From positions 1 to 63,459 of the forward strand of contig CAYTFU010000006.1 in assembly GCA_964437185.1 (NCBI GenBank): a stretch of 63,459 bases of DNA. The letters run 5' to 3'. The number at the start of each line of letters is the position of its first letter. Within the stretch, counting starts at the first letter, position 1. The translations under genes and the position numbers were made by a program. Under the pieces are notes generated by a model that worked only from the letters and a program-made list of their open reading frames with translations, did no database searches and was not told the origin of the DNA. Source of the stretch: an uncultured Candidatus Saccharibacteria bacterium (GTDB lineage Bacteria > Patescibacteriota > Minisyncoccia > Phycocordibacterales > UBA2100). Below are positions 58,274 to 63,459 of the stretch, piece by piece.

Positions 58274-59103
58274 CAGAAGCGCGTAATTTGGCAGACGATT
58301 ATCGCTCCGCGGAGGTGATAACGGGTGCACTGGAATTCTTGAGTGCCGCGAAAATGCAGGAGCTCCGACAGCAGTTTGAGCAGAACGCGCTTTTCTTCAA
58401 CGGTATTAGCGAGGTGTACTCGATTGTCCACCGTCATTCAAAAGAAAAAAAGAAGAAGGGTTGGAGAAAATCTCGGTCCGCACAACGTGCTGATATCTAC
58501 ATCGCTCTTACATCAAATAAACGTTTTTATGGAACCCTTAATCGGGATATCGCGCGTTCGTTTATTGCGGTCATGAAATCGCAAAAAGACGCGGATTACG
58601 TAATGGTTGGGCAGACAGGCGCTCAATATCTCAATGAGGCGGAAGTTTCAAATGACGTTACATACATGGATTTTTTGGACGACTCTCCAAATGCGGACGA
58701 ATTCCAAAAGATTATTTCGCTTGTGGACAGTCATGAGCGCGTCTTTATGGTATATCCGAAGTTTGTAAACCCGTTTCGGCAGGAAGTGGTTATGACGAAT
58801 GTAGCGGAGGGAATCGTTCCTGATCAAGGCGCAGCAACGGATGTTGATTATATTTTCGAGCCGGAGATTCCCGGCATGATTGAATTTTTTGAAGGTCAAG
58901 TACGCTACGCGCTTTTCGGTCGCGTCATGCTGGAAGCGGAGCTCGCTCGTGCGGCTGCAAGGACAATGAAGATGCACAGCGCTCGGGACCGCGCGGGAGA
59001 TTTGCGAGCTGTAAACGAGCGTATCTTGCGCCACGAGTTTGATGTTTTCGCGGACATCGAGCGCATGGCATCATTTACTGGATTTAACGCATGGAGGATA
59101 TGA
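58261..59103 (+). CDS. atpG: F-type ATP synthase subunit gamma
   Basis: Placed between alpha and beta. N-terminal ITGALEFLSAAKMQ and C-terminal LEAELARAAARTMKMHSARDRAGDL helices are typical of gamma. Confidence 0.8.
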   Translation: MSRITEARNLADDYRSAEVITGALEFLSAAKMQELRQQFEQNALFFNGISEVYSIVHRHSKEKKKKGWRKSRSAQRADIYIALTSNKRFYGTLNRDIARSFIAVMKSQKDADYVMVGQTGAQYLNEAEVSNDVTYMDFLDDSPNADEFQKIISLVDSHERVFMVYPKFVNPFRQEVVMTNVAEGIVPDQGAATDVDYIFEPEIPGMIEFFEGQVRYALFGRVMLEAELARAAARTMKMHSARDRAGDLRAVNERILRHEFDVFADIERMASFTGFNAWRI

Positions 59104-60581
59104 ATGAAGCGCGAGACGGGGTTGGATTACCGGTGGGAATGGAAGGGCCTCCGCTCGTTGGGCGTGTCCGTCGCGTCATCGGTCAGATCGCCGTTATCGA
59201 ATGCGAAGGAGAATATCGCCCGCGTTTGCAGGAGGCGCTGACTGCGCTCGATGACAAAAGCGTCCTCCTCGAAGCCTACTCGTACGGTTTGGGTCGAACA
59301 CTCTACTGCCTACTTTTTTCACGTCCTGAGAAGCTTGAGAGGAATATGCCCATTGTCTCGCTCCAGCGACCGATTACGATACCGCTCGGTTACAACTTGC
59401 TTGGTCGCGCAGTAAATTTCTCCGGCGAACCGATGGATGGTCGCGGCCCTGTGCAAGCTGATCAAGAGCGATCGATTTATCCGGATCCTCGAAGTGCGGA
59501 GAATGAGAACGTGTCGCGGTCGGACGAAATTATCGAGACGGGCATAAAGGTGCTCGACTTTTTTGCGCCACTCCCGAAAGGAGGAAAAATGGGACTCGTG
59601 GGAGGAGCGGGGGTCGGGAAGACGCTGATCCAAACGGAAATCCTCAGAAATATTATTCAGACTCGTGCGAGCGTGGCTGTTTTCGCAGGAATCGGCGAGC
59701 GAACGCGTGAGGGGCATGCGCTCTGGAGAATTCTCGAAGAGCAGAAGGTTCTCGATAAAACAGCGTTGGTGTTTGGGTACGTGAACACAAATGCAGCCGT
59801 GCGTTTTCGTACGGCAGCCGCCGCAGCGACAGTCGCGGAGTACTTTAGGGATACGCCGTTATCGCAGCTGAGAAGGGGAGTCGGAGCTCCCGCTGCGACT
59901 TCAAACGAAGTACTTTTCTTCGTAGATAATGTCTTTCGGTTTTTGCAGGCAGGGAGTGAGCTATCAACGCTCCTCGGAGAAATTCCTTCCGAGTTCGGTT
60001 ACCAGCCAACTCTGCAATCAGAAGTAGCGCAATTTGAAAATCGTCTTACGTCGACAGATCGCGGAAGCATAACTTCGATTCAGACGGTATATGTGTCGGC
60101 AGATGAATTCGCAAACCCTGCGGTCGTGGCGACGCTCCCACACATGGACGCCGTAATAATTCTTTCGCGAGAGGTGACGCATGGCGGGAGGTATCCAGCG
60201 GTTGATCCGCTAAAATCAAATTCCAATGCGTTAAATGTTAAATCTGTCGGCATCGATCACTATCGGGCGGTGCACGAAGCGCGCGCAGTACTTTCTCAGT
60301 ACGATAAATTGTCTCGGATGGTAGCAGTCGTCGGCGAAGAAGAGCTTTCGAAACAAAATCTACAAATATATCGCAGAGCAGAACGATTGCTCAACTATTT
60401 ATCTCAGTCGTTGTATGCAGCTGAGGCAGAAAGCGGTAAGCCCGGCGTTGTCGTGTCACGCGCCGATGTCGTACGCGACATCAAGGCAATTATCTCAGGC
60501 GCAGTTGACGACGTGCCAGCACAAAATCTTATGTACATCGGTGACCTCCAGAGTGCAGGCTTCCTAGGCAAAAAATCATGA
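59091..60581 (+). CDS. atpD: F-type ATP synthase subunit beta
   Basis: GGKMGLVGGAGVGKTLIQTEILRNI (Walker A), VFAGIGERTREG, LFFVDNVFRFLQAGSELS, PSEFGYQPTL and YVSADEFANPA. Confidence 0.9.
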   Translation: MEDMNEARDGVGLPVGMEGPPLVGRVRRVIGQIAVIECEGEYRPRLQEALTALDDKSVLLEAYSYGLGRTLYCLLFSRPEKLERNMPIVSLQRPITIPLGYNLLGRAVNFSGEPMDGRGPVQADQERSIYPDPRSAENENVSRSDEIIETGIKVLDFFAPLPKGGKMGLVGGAGVGKTLIQTEILRNIIQTRASVAVFAGIGERTREGHALWRILEEQKVLDKTALVFGYVNTNAAVRFRTAAAAATVAEYFRDTPLSQLRRGVGAPAATSNEVLFFVDNVFRFLQAGSELSTLLGEIPSEFGYQPTLQSEVAQFENRLTSTDRGSITSIQTVYVSADEFANPAVVATLPHMDAVIILSREVTHGGRYPAVDPLKSNSNALNVKSVGIDHYRAVHEARAVLSQYDKLSRMVAVVGEEELSKQNLQIYRRAERLLNYLSQSLYAAEAESGKPGVVVSRADVVRDIKAIISGAVDDVPAQNLMYIGDLQSAGFLGKKS

Positions 60582-60841
60582 TCGCACGATCGAAAGATGC
60601 TCTCCGTGTCGTAGTGCTATCACCGAAGGGGGTCGTGTGGGAGGGTAAGGCTTTAAGCGTTGCCTCGGCAAATAGCCAGGGTCCTTTCGATCTCTTGCCT
60701 CAGCATGCTCATTTTATATCCCTCATCCAGAACGAAAAGATTAACGTGCTCACGGAAAATGGAATCAAGGCATTTCAGTACAAAAACGCGGTAATTCGAG
60801 TGATCGATGACACCGTAACAATCTTTAGCGACATGGCCTAG
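60578..60841 (+). CDS. atpC: F-type ATP synthase subunit epsilon (N-terminal beta-sandwich only, 87 aa)
   Basis: ATGA overlap with atpD. LRVVVLSPKGVVWEGKALSVASANSQGPFDLLPQHAHFISLI matches the epsilon N-domain. There is no C-terminal helical hairpin. Confidence 0.75.
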   Translation: MIARSKDALRVVVLSPKGVVWEGKALSVASANSQGPFDLLPQHAHFISLIQNEKINVLTENGIKAFQYKNAVIRVIDDTVTIFSDMA

Positions 60842-61274
60842 CGAGCCGCGAAATGGCTCAATATAGAGCTCGGAATACCGAGATGCCGTGGCAAAACGCG
60901 CGGTGGTCGATGCGATGCTCACTCTGTCGACAAAGAATCGGTTCTGTTGAAAATTGGAGCGCTGCCTCAGGTCACCGACCCAATTTTTTTCCGAATCTGC
61001 AAAACGTTTACACGCTCGTATCGTATATGTACGGCGTGGTTAGACTTGCGTTTTTTTGATCGTGAGATCTTGCGAATTCGATGCGGTTTTTTGCTTTCTA
61101 ATCAGTATTTAGTTCTCCACAGTTTGGTTGTTATCTTATCGAATTTATTACGAAAGATCGCGCTATTATTACTACAAATATTTGCATGTCGGTTTTGACG
61201 AAATGTCTAATAAAGTCTAGTGAAATCGCTCACGTGTGTGCTTTTTCGGGATTTTGTTTTTTTGACCTCGATTC

Positions 61275-63459
61275 ATGACAGCTCGACTCAACTTGGATGG
61301 ACGTGTACTCATCGCAGCGAGGGATGCGGCTGAGCAATTGCGCTTGTCTCATGATTACGTTTCAAAGCTTTGCCGGCAGGGGAAAGTGTTTGGAAAGCAA
61401 ATCGGTCGCTCATGGTACGTGGACGAGCAAATGCTCATAGATTTTCGAAATCGAGTGGAGAATGACAAAAAGGTTTTCGCTAAGCAATTAAGTCAGACGC
61501 GTCGGGATGAGTATAAAATGGCTGGCTCTAATCCGGCTGGTTTCCTGCCGAAATCTTCGGCTGCATCCAGTGGAGAAGAAGTGGTGCATCTTCCGCCGGT
61601 TCAATCACTGAGTGATTTATTTGCGAAGCGCGCAGATGCTGTCGAAATTCCTTCTTCAAGTGAAGTGCAAACGCCTCGACCCGTTTACTCGTCGTCTCGA
61701 TCCGGAGTGCTTGTCGGCCTCCTTACCTTTTTCATTTTTTCATCGGGTGCGCTTGCGCTCGTTTCGACAGATTATGGCAGTGAAATTGCATCGCTCGCTT
61801 CTAACACCGCGGATAGAATATTTCGTCGCATCGACCCAACCTTTAAGGCGTTTGATTTTTTCCAGCCGAAGGCGGAAACCCAAGTGGCGGCGGCGCATTC
61901 CGCTGGTTTGAGCGGAGGAGTTATGCTCGCTTCTTCTACGCCGACAAGAAAGCTGACTTTATACTCCAGTACGACGCCGCTCGTAATTCGAGATACTCTT
62001 GTTGCGCGACCAGATGCGCGGCTCGGGACGCTTGTCGTCGGCGTGCCGCTTTCAGTATCGAAATCTCTATCAGTGACTGGCGGGGCCCGCTTTGCGGGCT
62101 TGCTTGAAGCCGGAAGTATATTTGGGTCAGCGATGCGTGCTGGATCTTTTTCTGTTTCTGGATCGTCGAGATTCGGAGGCGATATTTTTGCGTCTGGTGC
62201 GATGGATCTTCAGGGCGCGCTTACTGCAAGTGGCGGTATCACGACATCGGGCTCTGATGTCGATTTGCAGGGGGGTCGTGTCTTTGCTTCAAATGTCGTG
62301 AACGGAATACAGGCTGGTAGTAACGTGACGATTTCAGGCCCTCCGAATAACCCCATTATTTCAGTCAATCCCATTACCACGTCATCGCGAGGAGGAGGCG
62401 GTGGAGGAAGTGGATCTGTTCGAAGCGTATCCGCCGGATCAGGTTTGTCCGGCGGGACCATTACTTCTGCGGGGACGCTCTCCCTCGACACTGCTTTTTC
62501 TAATACGTGGTCGGCCCTCCAATTATTTACGGGCGGCGCTTCAGCCACGAGTCTCATCCTCGATACCCCACTTGCTGTCGGAAGCGGAGGAACGGGCGTC
62601 GCATCTTTTAGCCAGGGTTGGATATACGCTAGCAGTAGTGGAGCGCTCATGTCGTCCTCCTCGCCTACCATAGACTATCTCGTCTCGACGTCGACGTCTG
62701 CCACTTCAACTTTTGCATGGGCAGTGCGCGCAAGCTGCTTCACCGTGAATGGCACAACCTGTATCACGGGAGCGGGTGGTTCATCAAATTGGATTGACGG
62801 AGGCGCGTACCTTTCACCCATTACTGTCGGAGACGGACTTCTTGTGAACGCGGCATCATCGACGATTACGAACCTCGACATCATCAACAGCACTTCCACC
62901 TCTGCCACCTCAACCAACCTTTTTGCGACGGCACTCGTGATGACGGGAGGTACCTCCACGTCTTTTTTCGCGGCGACTTTGCAGGCCACCAATGCCACTA
63001 CTACCAACCTCGCCATCACCTCACTCGGCCAAGGATGGCTCTTCTCTGACGGTAACGGTCCTGTCCGCGCATCGACAACTCCAACGGTCGCCTACATCGT
63101 CGCGACCTCCACCACCGCGTCCCGACTCCCATATGCATCCACGACCGCCATCTCTTCTGTAGAAGCGTCCTCCACCTTCGTCAACTTCTACAAGGGAGTA
63201 TTCACCTTCGCAACCACCACAGCACTCTCTGCAACCGAACTTTGTCTCACCGGCGACACTTGCCGCAGTACGTGGCCCACGGGCAGCAGCTTCACGTGGC
63301 CGTTCCCCAACAACGCCACTTCCACGCTCCTCTCGTTCACGGGCGGTATCCTCGTGAACGCAGCAAGCTCGACCATATCAAACCTCGACATCGTCAACAG
63401 CACCACCACCAACGCAACCTCGACAACATTCTTCGCAACAACACTCAACGCCACAAATG
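61275..63459 (+). CDS. Giant surface protein, 5' part only (open to window end): N-terminal excisionase-type HTH, one TM helix, then a long S/T/G/N-rich repetitive extracellular region
   Basis: I translated the frame by hand from the ATG at 61275 to nt 63459 and found no stop in 728 codons. It is absent from the supplied ORF track. HTH: IAARDAAEQLRLSHDYVSKLCRQGKVFGKQIGRSWYV. TM: GVLVGLLTFFIFSSGALALV. Repeated modules (G)QGW(I/L)(Y/F)..PT(I/V).Y(L/I)V(S/A)TST and LVNAASSTI(T/S)NLDI(I/V)NST. Confidence 0.75.
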   Translation, partial: MTARLNLDGRVLIAARDAAEQLRLSHDYVSKLCRQGKVFGKQIGRSWYVDEQMLIDFRNRVENDKKVFAKQLSQTRRDEYKMAGSNPAGFLPKSSAASSGEEVVHLPPVQSLSDLFAKRADAVEIPSSSEVQTPRPVYSSSRSGVLVGLLTFFIFSSGALALVSTDYGSEIASLASNTADRIFRRIDPTFKAFDFFQPKAETQVAAAHSAGLSGGVMLASSTPTRKLTLYSSTTPLVIRDTLVARPDARLGTLVVGVPLSVSKSLSVTGGARFAGLLEAGSIFGSAMRAGSFSVSGSSRFGGDIFASGAMDLQGALTASGGITTSGSDVDLQGGRVFASNVVNGIQAGSNVTISGPPNNPIISVNPITTSSRGGGGGGSGSVRSVSAGSGLSGGTITSAGTLSLDTAFSNTWSALQLFTGGASATSLILDTPLAVGSGGTGVASFSQGWIYASSSGALMSSSSPTIDYLVSTSTSATSTFAWAVRASCFTVNGTTCITGAGGSSNWIDGGAYLSPITVGDGLLVNAASSTITNLDIINSTSTSATSTNLFATALVMTGGTSTSFFAATLQATNATTTNLAITSLGQGWLFSDGNGPVRASTTPTVAYIVATSTTASRLPYASTTAISSVEASSTFVNFYKGVFTFATTTALSATELCLTGDTCRSTWPTGSSFTWPFPNNATSTLLSFTGGILVNAASSTISNLDIVNSTTTNATSTTFFATTLNATN

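Noticed and set aside
60853-60900. tRNA-like D-arm GCTC-AATATA-GAGC followed by a stem CTCGG/CCGAG
   Set aside because: The second stem encloses only a 4-nt loop (AATA) instead of a 7-nt anticodon loop. No T-arm follows.

Overview
This 63.5-kb window is compact and almost fully coding. The domain repertoire suggests a small-genome Patescibacteria/CPR-like bacterium: LTD, MBG and PxKF modules, a giant S/T-rich surface protein, and many fused glycosylation enzymes. That assignment is an inference and cannot be verified here.

Layout:
- (1) nt ~60-44,400 is a very large cell-surface glycan and glycosylation island.
  - Transferases and flippases: about 8 GT-A/GT-B glycosyltransferases, 3 GT-C/Wzy-type membrane transferases, a Wzx flippase and a GtrA domain.
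  - Five SAM methyltransferases.
  - Sugar-nucleotide modules: UXS-like, CDP-paratose-2-epimerase-like, a C-methyl deoxysugar cassette, a nonulosonic-acid (NeuB-type) cassette, GDP-fucose (gmd/fcl), a second gmd paralog and a ManC-like fusion.
  - Several genes are unusual multi-domain fusions.
- (2) nt 44,458-46,110 holds a REP-associated tyrosine transposase (RAYT/IS200-like Y1). It is flanked by inverted arrays of a 15-nt hairpin-forming motif. An exact 132-bp dead copy of its 3' end lies 1.4 kb upstream.
- (3) nt 46,468-47,245 is an atypically long non-coding stretch with hairpins, a 30-bp direct repeat pair, and a 14-codon Lys/Arg-rich micro-ORF followed by a strong terminator.
- (4) Housekeeping genes follow: secA, a HAD hydrolase, ADP-heptose genes (hldC-like, hldD) and gatB.
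- (5) Next come a membrane protein with two excisionase-type HTH domains, and a protein whose C-terminal hairpin looks like an ATP-synthase c subunit without the carboxylate. After these is an F-type ATP synthase operon in the order b-delta-alpha-gamma-beta-epsilon, with no canonical a or c genes.
- (6) nt 61,275 to the window end is a >728-codon open frame for an HTH-TM-repetitive S/T-rich surface protein. It is missing from the supplied ORF track because it has no stop inside the window.

I could recognise no rRNA, tRNA or CRISPR array by eye. All family calls come from motif recognition in the translated ORFs. No database search was run.
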